Shown: positions 1-9,550 of the stretch, piece by piece
Layout: each line of letters begins with the position of its first letter
How positions within the stretch are numbered: the stretch's first letter is position 1
From: Thermoplasmata archaeon
GTDB lineage: Archaea; Thermoplasmatota; Thermoplasmata; RBG-16-68-12; JAFNFQ01
DNA: 64,000 bases
Direction: 5' to 3'
NCBI GenBank assembly: GCA_041489255.1
Contig: JBGPQV010000003.1
Location: 1-64,000 of the forward strand
Made by a program: the position numbers and the translations under genes
Notes under the pieces: model-generated
Databases searched by the model: none
What the model saw: only the letters and a program-made list of their open reading frames with translations
What the model was told of the DNA's origin: nothing

Positions 1-396
1 TCCGAGAGAGTCGGACCGAGTGAATACCTCTCCCTGAACACCAGTTCCCCGCTCCTGGACGAACTGGCGAAACTCCGCCATGTGAACCTCTCGCCCCACC
101 GCGCAGCGGCTGGCGAGTTCTTGAGGATTATCACCGCCATCCCGGAGGTGAGGAGAGTCGTCCTCTTCGGGAGCGTAGCAAAGGGCGAAGAAACAACCGG
201 CAGCGACATTGACATAGCCGTCTTCCTCTCGGCGAGGAGGAAAGAAACCGTGCAGCGCATCCTCGACACCGCATCGGAGGTCCAAGAGCGCACCCGCCTG
301 AACATCACGCCTTTCATGACGACTACGAATGCCAGGCTCAGGGGCCAGCTCGCGCGGGCGATCCAGGACGGCGAGGTACTCTACGAGGGACATTGA
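1..396 (+). CDS. Minimal nucleotidyltransferase (MNT) antitoxin, probably with N-terminal wHTH; 5' end lies outside the window
   Basis: GSVAKG..SDIDI MNT motif; frame is open back to base 1 (SERVGPSEYLSLNTSSPLLDEL, wHTH wing-like); overlaps the HEPN gene. Confidence 0.85.
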   Translation, partial: SERVGPSEYLSLNTSSPLLDELAKLRHVNLSPHRAAAGEFLRIITAIPEVRRVVLFGSVAKGEETTGSDIDIAVFLSARRKETVQRILDTASEVQERTRLNITPFMTTTNARLRGQLARAIQDGEVLYEGH

Positions 397-787
397 GGAA
401 GCAGAGTGCTGGCTCGACGCCGCCAGATTCACCCTGGACAACGACCTCCGCGGCCGCGAGCGATTCACCGTGGCGATTGCGCAGGCGATCCACGGCCTCA
501 TCAAGGCCAATGACGGGCTGACCGCGAGATTCCTCAGGCGGCGTTCGACCCGCCACGAGGACGCCTCGCTGCTGTTCCGGGACATGATAAAACAGCACAA
601 GATCGACCAGAAGTATGCACCCCTGCGAAAGCTGCTCACCGAATCGACCTCTCGGAAGTCTGAATTCGACTATGGCGGCGCCGAAACAGGACGCAACGAA
701 GCGGAACGGTGGCTGAGGGACGTCGAGAAGTTCGTGAAGACCGCCAAGGAGATCCTCGACGTAGAGTCGCCCTCCCATTACCGATGA
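383..787 (+). CDS. HEPN-domain protein (MNT-HEPN toxin)
   Basis: EEAECWLDAA, AQAIH..IKANDGL, STRH, RKSEFDY; coupled to MNT. Start is uncertain: ATG 329 or ACG 383 behind GAGGT. Confidence 0.75.
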   Translation, partial: TRDIEEAECWLDAARFTLDNDLRGRERFTVAIAQAIHGLIKANDGLTARFLRRRSTRHEDASLLFRDMIKQHKIDQKYAPLRKLLTESTSRKSEFDYGGAETGRNEAERWLRDVEKFVKTAKEILDVESPSHYR

Positions 788-808
788 TGACAAGGATTGT
801 CCCTGTTC

Positions 809-876
809 CCCTTCAGCTTCTCGCTCTTGGTGCAGTGGATGCGCTGACCCGGGTGCATGGGGGGAGGTGTGGACGG
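809..876 (+). repeat. Direct repeat copy 1 (~70 bp; partner at 8335-8403)
   Basis: CCCTTCAGCTTCTCGCTCTTGGTGCAG is identical (27 bp) in both copies, then imperfect similarity continues to GAGGTGT(G/A)GACGG. Confidence 0.85.
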
Positions 877-924
877 ATCGAATCCGGATGAGCGTTGATG
901 GTGTTTTTCCTATGCAACATGCAA

Positions 925-963
925 AAGGTTATCTATTATGATAACTATAAGCCATCATGATAA
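925..963 (+). promoter_or_regulatory. AbiE promoter with candidate operator repeats
   Basis: AT-rich TTATCTAT box followed by ATTATGATAA (935-944) and ATCATGATAA (954-963), directly before ATG 965. Confidence 0.45.
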
Positions 964-964
964 G

Positions 965-1609
965 ATGAAAGAAAGGGAGTTCGTCGAGTTCGCGAAAGGC
1001 GCACCTGTGATCACCGCCAAGCAGGTCGCGGCGCTCGTCGGCGATGCGGCTTACGCCAAGCTGTACATCCACCGCATGCTATCCAGAGGCGTCGTCCGGA
1101 GGATAGCCAAGGGCATCTACACCGCGCACAGCGACCCGGCAATCTACGCCTCTCACATCCGCTACCCCTCGTACATCTCGCTCTGGTTCGCATTCCAGCA
1201 CCATGGCGCCACGACACAGATGCCGAAGACCGTGGAGGTCATGGCCAGGGCGGCAGGCGTTGCAGACGGCGTGGAGTTCATCGGGACCCGGCACTTCTGG
1301 GGGTACGGACCGTCGAGGTACTCCGGCTTCCAGATACTGATAGCCGACCTCGAGAAGGCCGTCACCGATGCAGTCATGACGCGGAGGATGCCGGGCGACG
1401 AAATCGCCGGCGCCATAGAGAAGTGCGACAGGGGGAAGCTTGAGGACTACGCCCTCAGAGTCGACGTGAGCTCGGCGAAGAGGATCGGCTACATCGCGGA
1501 AATGGCGGGAGTCTTCCTTGCGGGGGTCCACGACAGGGTGGCGGCGGACAGGAACTACGTGCATCACGGAGAGCCCGTCGAGCGGAACAGGTGGAAGGTG
1601 ATTGAATGA
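965..1609 (+). CDS. Type IV TA antitoxin, AbiEi-like transcriptional regulator
   Basis: N-terminal wHTH (RRIAKGIY), PSYISLWFAFQHHG..QMP, ADLEKAVTD; ATGA overlap with the AbiEii-like gene. Confidence 0.85.
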   Translation: MKEREFVEFAKGAPVITAKQVAALVGDAAYAKLYIHRMLSRGVVRRIAKGIYTAHSDPAIYASHIRYPSYISLWFAFQHHGATTQMPKTVEVMARAAGVADGVEFIGTRHFWGYGPSRYSGFQILIADLEKAVTDAVMTRRMPGDEIAGAIEKCDRGKLEDYALRVDVSSAKRIGYIAEMAGVFLAGVHDRVAADRNYVHHGEPVERNRWKVIE

Positions 1610-2349
1610 TTGACATGCAGACCCTGACGAGGGTCGCGAGGACAAAGGGCATAGCGAACCTCGGGAACGCGGAGAAGGACTACTTCCAGGACATCCTGCT
1701 GCTCGCCGTCTCGAGGGAGGCGCCCGGGCTCGTCTTCAAGGGCGGGACAGCGCTCTTCAAGCTCCACGGCCTCGACAGGTTCTCCGAGGACCTGGACTTC
1801 ACGGGGAGGTTCACCAGACCCGAGGTGCTGAGGCTCGCCCGATACGTGGGTGACTTCGGCTATCCGGCTGATGCGACGGTAAGAGAGACGCGAGACGGCC
1901 TGCTCGCGTCATACGGCATCCAGGGCCTCCTTTACCAGGGCACCCCCCGGAGCATGGCGAGAGTACGGCTCGACGCGAGCTGGAAGGACGAGGTTTCCGT
2001 GACGACCGAGTGGAGGACGTACTTCCCGATGTACGGCGATGCCCCGTCCTTCAGGATCCAGGCCATGGTCGTCGAGGAGGTCCTCGCGGAGAAGGTCCGC
2101 GCCCTGCTCCACAGGCGCAAGTCGAGGGACGCGTACGACGTATGGTTCCTTCTCAACAGAGGAATCCGGGTCGATGGAAGCGTCCTGGAGAGGAAGCTAT
2201 CCCTTTATGGGGAAAAGCTCAGCAAGGGCTCACTCGACAGCGCCCTGACCACCATATCGAAGAGGTGGAGGGGCGAACTCAGGCCGATGGTGACGAACCT
2301 GCCGGAGTTCGGCGAAGTCTCTGCGGCCCTCAAGAAGCGCTTGCTGTGA
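1606..2349 (+). CDS. Type IV TA toxin, AbiEii-family nucleotidyltransferase
   Basis: AEKDY, FKGGTAL, RFSEDLDF, AEKVRAL..R.KSRDAYD. Confidence 0.92.
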   Translation: MIDMQTLTRVARTKGIANLGNAEKDYFQDILLLAVSREAPGLVFKGGTALFKLHGLDRFSEDLDFTGRFTRPEVLRLARYVGDFGYPADATVRETRDGLLASYGIQGLLYQGTPRSMARVRLDASWKDEVSVTTEWRTYFPMYGDAPSFRIQAMVVEEVLAEKVRALLHRRKSRDAYDVWFLLNRGIRVDGSVLERKLSLYGEKLSKGSLDSALTTISKRWRGELRPMVTNLPEFGEVSAALKKRLL

Positions 2350-2824
2350 TACGCCGCAAGTTGCAGGTCGACGCTTGGCCAGAAAGCCCAAGATGCCAGT
2401 GGAGAAGAAGGTTGTCTTAGGCAGGCAGCGACGGTCTACCGCCTCAAGGAGCAACAGCCCCGCTGCCTGTGAGGTCGTATGGACTCTCAGTCGCCGTGCA
2501 AGACATGAATATCCTTCGTCTGAAGTCAGCCTGCAGAGCGCAGACTCCTGTGCATTTGACCGGTGACTCGGGTGCTTGCATCTCGGCCAATGGTTTCGGC
2601 CTGGAGAGGCTCTGTTTCTCCCTTTTCCTGGCTGGCAATATTCGACCTTCGTCGGCTATCGGACTCGGCTTCTTCAACATGTTGAATGCGCTGAGGTCCA
2701 TGGTCTGTTGCCAACGTAGAAGGCCACAGCAGCAGACGTCGACCTCAACATGGCCCATGCTGGGCGATTCCACCTGAGTCGGGCAAGACGGACAAACGCC
2801 GGAAGAACCTCGAGGAAGTTCGAG

Positions 2825-3622
2825 CTAGCTTGGGTCGCTTGCCAGCAGCCCCTCGAAAAGCTGTTCAATGCCAATGAGGGAGTCCGCAACCCCGTTCCAT
2901 TGGTACAGGGATTTGAAGTTCTTCTCCTCAAAAGTGAGAAGCGCTTCTTTCGCTCCGCGAATGTATGCCTCGCTGGTCTTGCCGGTGGCGATGAGAGCCC
3001 ATCCGCACAGGTGCCCGCTTATCAGGCGGAGGCGCAGATTGGCCATTTCCATTTCCTCAAGCGTGCCGGCACCTTCTCCAAATGCGTCTCTGGCGAATGA
3101 TTGCACGACGGTGAACATCCCCGCCAAGATGTCTCTGTCCTTGGTGAGCACGGGATTCCGCGAAACGTGAGAGATCAGCCGACCGTCCTTGGCAAGAAGG
3201 AATATCTCCTCGACGCTCGTCCTCAAAAGAGAAGTGAAGCCGAGCTCTTTTTCGATGCGCTTGGCGGCGTAGGCCATCATGAATTTCAGGAGACCCATGT
3301 TCGTGGCCGGATCGACGATCGCGATGAAGCTTGCTCTGCCGCCGCCCAGATCGCAGATCACGACCTTTGCGTCCTCCCCGTCCAGCGTCATGCTTCTCAG
3401 TCCCTTCAACCCGATGTAGCCGAAAACCTTCTTGGCGGATTCCATGGCCAGTGCGCTCGTTCCGGTTATGGCGGCCGGGTCAAGAGAGCCCATGAATCCG
3501 TTCACGATAGGTAAGCCCTCGCGATCGGCCACGGCCGAGCTGCGGACTCCTTCGACTTCGTGCTCGAAGGTCTTCAGGATCTCGACCAACTTGCTTTCCA
3601 AGCTAGGCATGATTGTTGACAT
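2825..3622 (-). CDS. Roadblock/LC7 domain fused to a longin-like domain
   Basis: N-half EGVRSSAVADREGLPI..NMGLLKF (roadblock); C-half VEEIFLLAKDGRLISH..DILAGMFTVVQSF..WNG (longin-like). Confidence 0.75.
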   Translation of the reverse strand: MSTIMPSLESKLVEILKTFEHEVEGVRSSAVADREGLPIVNGFMGSLDPAAITGTSALAMESAKKVFGYIGLKGLRSMTLDGEDAKVVICDLGGGRASFIAIVDPATNMGLLKFMMAYAAKRIEKELGFTSLLRTSVEEIFLLAKDGRLISHVSRNPVLTKDRDILAGMFTVVQSFARDAFGEGAGTLEEMEMANLRLRLISGHLCGWALIATGKTSEAYIRGAKEALLTFEEKNFKSLYQWNGVADSLIGIEQLFEGLLASDPS

Positions 3623-3629
3623 GGTGCCT

Positions 3630-4055
3630 CTAGATGTGGATGTCATAGAGCGCTTTGTCGATTGCCTCGGCCGCTGCGGTCAGACCGTGCAATAGCAGGC
3701 CCAGGTTGGTGTTCTTTCGGTACAGGCCGACAATGATCGCCTCTCGACCTGCACCCATCGCGACTATCTTGCCGTCGGAACACTCGATCATGATTCTCTC
3801 TGCTACCCCTTGGCCAAGTTCCTTGGCCGCGAATGCCGCCGTGCCGAAGATGGCCGCCGCCATGGCTGAAGCAAGGCGCGGGTCATGACCTTGTCCTGCG
3901 CGATGCGCTATGACCAGCCCATCAAAACGTGCGATGACTGTGGAGCGGCATCCGCTGACTCTGTGTGCTTCTTCCATCGCTTCGTCGAGCCGCTTCTTGA
4001 TGATATCCGGCTCTGAGGTGGACGAGCCTTTTCCATTTGCGTCCAGTGCAATCAC
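3630..4055 (-). CDS. Roadblock/LC7 (MglB-like) protein
   Basis: VIARFDGLVIAH..ASAMAAAIFGTA..ELGQG..NLGLLL; start uncertain (GTG 4055 or CTG 4046). Confidence 0.85.
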   Translation of the reverse strand: MIALDANGKGSSTSEPDIIKKRLDEAMEEAHRVSGCRSTVIARFDGLVIAHRAGQGHDPRLASAMAAAIFGTAAFAAKELGQGVAERIMIECSDGKIVAMGAGREAIIVGLYRKNTNLGLLLHGLTAAAEAIDKALYDIHI

Positions 4056-4057
4056 CT

Positions 4058-4900
4058 CTATTGGAACATCCTGTGGACACGGAACGTGCATACGGCATCC
4101 CCCTTTCCTTGGCATGAAGTCTCGTCGCAGACAAGATCCTCTGCATTCACGAGCCGGGTTACCAAGCCGCAGACAAGCCCGCGAAGGAAGTGACAGATCC
4201 CCGCCTCGGACTTGCCGTCATGGGCGTCGAGCTCGAAGCTGTCACGAACCTGTGCCGTGGCTTCAAATGACTCCTTCTTGAGTGTGAACTCTCCCAGGGT
4301 ACAGATGCTTGCGGACATGAGATTCTCACGCAAAGCAGTCAGGAACTCATCCTCGTTCCTGGGACGCCAGTTCTCATGGATGAAGTCAAACACGCTCAGT
4401 CCGGCATCGGTTCCAGCTCGATAGAGAATCGAGGAGGAACCGGATCCCATGACTCCGTGTAGAGACCTCCAAATCTGTCTGCTCTGATGCCTCCGAAGGC
4501 TATCGGCGCGCTCGTGGCGTGTCCGCTCGACAGCGTAGCGCATCGCCCTCACCAGCAGCTTCCCGTCGATCTGACCTTTGACCAGGTAGTCCTGAGCGCC
4601 GCTCTGGACCGCCTTCATCGCCGTGACCTCGTCGTCAAGCCCCGTCAGAACGACTATGGTTGCCCCCGGATACTCCTTCCGGGTGCGCACGACAGTTTCC
4701 AGCCCCTGACTGTCTGGCAAACCCAAGTCCAGGAGAACTGCGTCATATCGGTCTGCACGGAGGTGCTCAAACGCTTGTTCAAGGGTGCGCGCGTGAGTGA
4801 GTTCAAGGCGCACTGTGGCCTGCTTGATGGCCTCGCCGACCAGCCGAGCATCTCCCGGGTTGTCTTCGACTAGCAGGATCCTGAGTCCGTCAACTGGCAC
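4058..4900 (-). CDS. Response regulator receiver fused to a V4R domain
   Basis: [25 protein letters not shown]; C-terminal DSFE..CHFLRGLVCG..ETSCQGKGDAVCTF V4R signature. Confidence 0.88.
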   Translation of the reverse strand: MPVDGLRILLVEDNPGDARLVGEAIKQATVRLELTHARTLEQAFEHLRADRYDAVLLDLGLPDSQGLETVVRTRKEYPGATIVVLTGLDDEVTAMKAVQSGAQDYLVKGQIDGKLLVRAMRYAVERTRHERADSLRRHQSRQIWRSLHGVMGSGSSSILYRAGTDAGLSVFDFIHENWRPRNEDEFLTALRENLMSASICTLGEFTLKKESFEATAQVRDSFELDAHDGKSEAGICHFLRGLVCGLVTRLVNAEDLVCDETSCQGKGDAVCTFRVHRMFQ

Positions 4901-4904
4901 TTTC

Positions 4905-5351
4905 TCACCTCGGGGGAAACTTCACGATTGAGAGCCAGAAGCTCTCCACCGATCGGATGACATTCATGAACTGGTCGAAGCCGACCGGCTTGGTCACATA
5001 CGCATTCGCACGGAGCTCGTAGCTCCTGACTATGTCCCGCTCGGCATCTGACGATGTGACTATCACAACTGGGATAAGTCTCAAGCGCGGGTCTTGCTTG
5101 ATCTCCGCCAACACCTCGCGGCCATCCTTCTTGGGCAAGTCTAGGTCAAGAAGAATGAGATCGGGCTTTGGCGCGTTGGTGTACGCTCCATTTCGTCTCA
5201 GAAACGCCATTGCTTCCACGCCGTCTCCGACTACACTCAGGTGGTTCGTCACCTTGGCTTCCTTGAGTGACTCGACCGTCAGGCGCACATCTCCCGGGTT
5301 GTCCTCGACAAGCAGTATCTCAATGGGGTTTCCATTCGAACGATTCATCAT
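4905..5351 (-). CDS. Single-domain response regulator (Rcp1-like)
   Basis: [33 protein letters not shown]; SD AGGAGG before ATG. Confidence 0.92.
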   Translation of the reverse strand: MMNRSNGNPIEILLVEDNPGDVRLTVESLKEAKVTNHLSVVGDGVEAMAFLRRNGAYTNAPKPDLILLDLDLPKKDGREVLAEIKQDPRLRLIPVVIVTSSDAERDIVRSYELRANAYVTKPVGFDQFMNVIRSVESFWLSIVKFPPR

Positions 5352-5352
5352 G

Positions 5353-8145
5353 CTAGCTCCTCCCTTCAGTGGGGATTGTGAAACGGAAAGTGGATTCTTC
5401 GCCCAGTTTGGACTCCACCCATATTCGCCCGCCGTGTCTCTCGACAATCTTCTTGCTCAAGGCTAGTCCTATGCCGGTTCCAGGATACTCGCTCTTGCTA
5501 TGGAGTCGTTGGAACATGACGAAAAGGCGGTCGAAATATCTGGAGTCGATGCCGATACCATTGTCGTGAACTGAGAAGACCCACTCAGTCCCAGTTTGCT
5601 CCGCCGATACATGAACGCGGGGAGGATCCTCGCGCCGGAACTTGATGGCGTTACCGATTAGGTTTTGAAACACTTGCAGAAGCTGAGAGCCATCCCCCAG
5701 CACCGTGGGCAGAGAGTTGTGGGTAATCACTGCCCCGCTCTCTTGGATCGCTTGCTCCAAGTTACTGATGGCATCGTCGAGGACTGCCTGGACGCTCGTT
5801 GGTTCAAAGGGCTTACCGCGTGTCCCGATGCGTGAGTACGTAAGAATGTCATTGATCAAACCTCGCATGCGGTTGGATCCGTCCACGGCATATGCAATGA
5901 ACTCATCTGCGTCTTGGTCAAGCTTGCCCGCGTACCGTTTGGCAAGCAGCTGAGTGTAACTTGTAACCATACGCAACGGCTCTTGTAGATCATGTGACGC
6001 TATGTAGGCGAAGCGTTCGAGTTCGGCGTTTGATCGAGCTAGCTCTTCGGCCTTCCGCTTGACTGCCTGCTCAGCCTCTTTGAGCCTCGTTATGTCTCGC
6101 GAAATCCGGGAAACCCCAATGACCCTCCCGTCTGCATACCTGAGCGGGGATGCTGCCAGCCAGATATCGATGCGCTTCCCCCCTTTGGTCAATCTCGCGG
6201 TCTCATAGGGCGGAACCCGTTCACCCGTTTTGATTCTTCCTAACGTGTCAGACTCTTCGTTGGAGCAGTCGGGAGGAATGAGCATCGAGATCGACTCGCC
6301 AATTGCTTCCTTGGGGGTGTATCCATACATGCTCTCCGCTCCTGGGTTCCAGGCGATTATTTTTCCATCAAGCGTCTCGCCGATGATTGAGGCATCTGAC
6401 GTCTCAACTATCGCGGCTAACATGGCGCGCGTTTCATCCGCCTTCCGCTGTTCCGTGATATCCCGTGCCACGCCAACGATCAGTTGTTCGTCAAGCGACA
6501 GATGGGAGTTCCACGAAATCCACCTGTATGAGCCATCTTTGCAGGCGTATCGGTTCTCGAAGGTGATCACGTCCACGCCAGGGGACGAACCTTCCCCTGG
6601 TTTGGGAGTCAATGTTTCCATAGTTAACTCACGGTCCTCTGGGTGGATGAAGTTCATACAAGGTAAGGACATTAGTTCTTCGACCGTCCATCCAAGAGTC
6701 CTTTGCCAAGCGGGGTTCAGTTGCTTGAAGTAGCCGTCAAAGCCGGCGATACACAACATGTCTGTGGAGAGATTGAACAGGAGGTCGCGCTCTTTCTTCA
6801 CCTTGTCTCGCTCGGTGACATCGCGGAAAACTACCACTCCTCCTATCAAGTTGCCAGCGCCGTTCTTCAAAGGTCCGCCCGTGAGTCTTATTGAGATGCC
6901 ATTAGGGAATCCAGTGTTGCGCACAAACAGCTCTACGTCCTTGCTCTCTTCACCTCGTATGGCTCGCGATGTCATTTCACGCGCTGGGAAGCGAGTGACC
7001 CTGTCTGGCAGGAACATGCCGTATTCCTCTGCCCAGGCTTCAGGTGAATCCTCAGTTGGGCGGGCACCGAGCATCCGCTCGGCAGCTGGATTGAAATGCA
7101 GGATCCTGCCACCGTTGTCGGCAACGACTATCCCGTCACCTATGCTGGAAATTATGGATTGCAGAAGCGCGGTCTGATCCTCCAAGTCGCGCTTGGAACG
7201 ATCCAGTTCATGTGCACGGAGTGCCAGCGCATCGTGACCCTGTATGCGCTCTGCATCGGCCCGATTAAACGAGTTTGCAATATAACATATGTAGGCGCAC
7301 GTAACTAAGACGACCACAACAACCAACAGGGCAGTGCCGAATTCCGGGGCATACAATCCTGAACGCTCGGAAGCCAGTTGCAACCATCCCAGCAACAGGG
7401 GGACGCATAATGCCACGGGAAACAGTCGGCAGGCCATTCGGCCCCCCGCGCCATCGCTCAGCAAAGTCGATGCTGGCCCCGATTTGAGGTCCATAAGCAT
7501 AACCCCTGCGGCAAGAGCTACGAACAACGCTCCGGTCAGCACAGCCATGGGCGTGTATGTCCCAATCCCGAGGAAAGCGTCCGCACCATAGAGGTAGCCG
7601 ACGAGACAAAGAAAGCCGACTAGGCCCGCAGTGATCGCGAACGATTGCGAAAGCCACACCTTGCCGCGGATTCCCTTGCCGCGGATTCCTGAGTACGTGA
7701 GTAGGATAGCCGAGCCGAGCAGGATGAAGTTGATCGCTGTGGTGGGTGCCATGCGACCGGGTGATGTCGTGTGCGTGGCTCCGAAGTCCTCCGGGAAAAG
7801 CATCTCGTCGATTCCCAGATTCCAGCCAAGGGAATACTCAACCAGAGTCAATGCCCCAAGCAGGATGGGCAGGAACGCGCACAGCGCGGCAACCACGTTC
7901 TTGAAGCGCTCAAGAGGTTCGCCGAGCCTAACGTGCGTCAGCCAAAGGGCCGCGCCTAACAAGACAAAGGCCAAGGCGGTGTTGGCCTTCATAGTCACCG
8001 TACCAGGAGAAACGCTTTTTACAGGGGTGAAATCGACTGCCCAACCGATGATAACCGCGGATCCGATGAAAATACCGGCTGCCCCAGCAAACGCTGGTAT
8101 GCGCCTGCACCATGATACTAGTCGATTCTCCACTAGGACAGTCAT
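5353..8145 (-). CDS. Membrane sensor histidine kinase (multi-TM N-terminus, 3 PAS, HisKA, HATPase)
   Basis: About 7 TM segments, PAS/PAC repeats, [11 protein letters not shown]-box, [21 protein letters not shown]. Confidence 0.95.
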   Translation of the reverse strand: MTVLVENRLVSWCRRIPAFAGAAGIFIGSAVIIGWAVDFTPVKSVSPGTVTMKANTALAFVLLGAALWLTHVRLGEPLERFKNVVAALCAFLPILLGALTLVEYSLGWNLGIDEMLFPEDFGATHTTSPGRMAPTTAINFILLGSAILLTYSGIRGKGIRGKVWLSQSFAITAGLVGFLCLVGYLYGADAFLGIGTYTPMAVLTGALFVALAAGVMLMDLKSGPASTLLSDGAGGRMACRLFPVALCVPLLLGWLQLASERSGLYAPEFGTALLVVVVVLVTCAYICYIANSFNRADAERIQGHDALALRAHELDRSKRDLEDQTALLQSIISSIGDGIVVADNGGRILHFNPAAERMLGARPTEDSPEAWAEEYGMFLPDRVTRFPAREMTSRAIRGEESKDVELFVRNTGFPNGISIRLTGGPLKNGAGNLIGGVVVFRDVTERDKVKKERDLLFNLSTDMLCIAGFDGYFKQLNPAWQRTLGWTVEELMSLPCMNFIHPEDRELTMETLTPKPGEGSSPGVDVITFENRYACKDGSYRWISWNSHLSLDEQLIVGVARDITEQRKADETRAMLAAIVETSDASIIGETLDGKIIAWNPGAESMYGYTPKEAIGESISMLIPPDCSNEESDTLGRIKTGERVPPYETARLTKGGKRIDIWLAASPLRYADGRVIGVSRISRDITRLKEAEQAVKRKAEELARSNAELERFAYIASHDLQEPLRMVTSYTQLLAKRYAGKLDQDADEFIAYAVDGSNRMRGLINDILTYSRIGTRGKPFEPTSVQAVLDDAISNLEQAIQESGAVITHNSLPTVLGDGSQLLQVFQNLIGNAIKFRREDPPRVHVSAEQTGTEWVFSVHDNGIGIDSRYFDRLFVMFQRLHSKSEYPGTGIGLALSKKIVERHGGRIWVESKLGEESTFRFTIPTEGRS

Positions 8146-8334
8146 GGAGTCGATAAGTGTACGACGGTTTGCGTGCCTTAAGAATGACTATCCCGTTATC
8201 GCATGTGATTTCGTAGGCAGTCGTCACGACCTCGCCCACATGTAGCGCAATCGACTGGGTGTAGGCTTCAGGAAGCGCTGTGCCTTTGTGAATATCACCA
8301 GCGTCGGGTCCTCGCTTGGCGACTGGATCTCCTT

Positions 8335-8403
8335 CCCTTCAGCTTCTCGCTCTTGGTGCAGAAGACGCGCTGACTCGGGTGCCTGCGGGTGAGGTGTAGA
8401 CGG
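8335..8403 (+). repeat. Direct repeat copy 2 (partner at 809-876)
   Basis: 27 bp identity plus ~40 bp imperfect extension. Confidence 0.85.
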
Positions 8404-8501
8404 GGAGGGGATTGATAGATGTTGATGAGAGGATTCGCGGTGGCAATAGTTAAGGCGGAGAGGATTCTGAAACGCTCGAATTGCGGGCGGTTGAGCCCAC
8501 A

Positions 8502-9449
8502 TTAGAAGTCATCTGTTGGATAATGCGCGAAGCGATCCTTCGTGACTCCGAACAAAGAGGGGATGTCGCGCGCCTTGACGCGCCTCCCCAGCGGAACCGC
8601 CATCGTCGTGTCGCCTATCGGACCGTCGAGGTCGTAGCCGAGCCTGAGGAAGCGCCGCTTGTCTTTCCCTGAAGTGATCCACATGATCGAAGCGACCTTC
8701 CCGCGCACGGTGCATTCCGTGAGAGCGACAGCGTCCCTGAAGTCACGGAACTCCGGCGCGATCACTTCATCGAGGTTCACGTTCGCGCTCGAGCGGGTGC
8801 GGAGGTATCCCACAGATTCCTGCTCGCGAACGAGCATGCGATAATAGCCCAAGAGCTTCGGGGAGAGTGCCACCGCCGTGGGGAGGGCCTCGGGGATGCG
8901 CCTCGTCCACCCGAAGTCACCTTTCGTGTACTCCTCGAATAGGTGCTGGATATCCGGAAGATCGCTCCTCTTCGCTTTCCGGAGGCGGATCCCACTTGGG
9001 CGAGAGCGGTCCTTCGGCACCCTCCTCAGACCGCGGAGGAAGGGGCCGAGGTCCCTGTACCCCAACGATTGATAGACGTGGTCCCCGCGGATGTTACGGC
9101 TGGTGGTCAGCGTGGATATATCCAGGTCGAGAGAGCGGAAGATGTCGTGAGTGTGCTGCATGAGCCGCCGCGCGCAGCCCTTGCCCCAGACAGAAGGATG
9201 AGAGCAGACCGCCTGCAGCCCGCCGACCTCTGTGACTCCGGTCGTGAGGTGAACGGGCATCTTCATCGGGACGACCTGGGCGAGCGGCTTCCCTTTCTCG
9301 ACCGCATAGACCGCGTAGAAGTCGAGATACCTCGGGTCCTTGCGGAGGACCGAGCGAACTTCCTTCTCCGTCATCGCCCAGCCGAAGGAAGACATACAAA
9401 GGCGGTAGATGTCGTACGGGTCCAGCTCATCGTATGTGAGAATCTTCAT
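8502..9449 (-). CDS. GNAT family N-acetyltransferase (tandem GNAT, Eis-like)
   Basis: VGGLQAVCSHPSVWGKGCARRLM acetyl-CoA motif; YQSLGY. Confidence 0.8.
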   Translation of the reverse strand: MKILTYDELDPYDIYRLCMSSFGWAMTEKEVRSVLRKDPRYLDFYAVYAVEKGKPLAQVVPMKMPVHLTTGVTEVGGLQAVCSHPSVWGKGCARRLMQHTHDIFRSLDLDISTLTTSRNIRGDHVYQSLGYRDLGPFLRGLRRVPKDRSRPSGIRLRKAKRSDLPDIQHLFEEYTKGDFGWTRRIPEALPTAVALSPKLLGYYRMLVREQESVGYLRTRSSANVNLDEVIAPEFRDFRDAVALTECTVRGKVASIMWITSGKDKRRFLRLGYDLDGPIGDTTMAVPLGRRVKARDIPSLFGVTKDRFAHYPTDDF

Positions 9450-9550
9450 TGGCGCGTGGCGGGAGGGAGGACCATGATTTTAACCTGAGCATCTGACGGG
9501 GATAACGCGAACCGTCGACCCTTTCAGCGAGTGAGGATTATTCAGGAGCC

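Noticed and set aside
2564-2575. Third copy of the flanking direct repeat (TGACTCGGGTGC)
   Set aside because: Only ~12 bp match; could be chance or a remnant, so not counted.
2375-2777. Short ORFs between abiEii and the roadblock gene
   Set aside because: No recognisable motifs; conflicting frames; probably decayed sequence.
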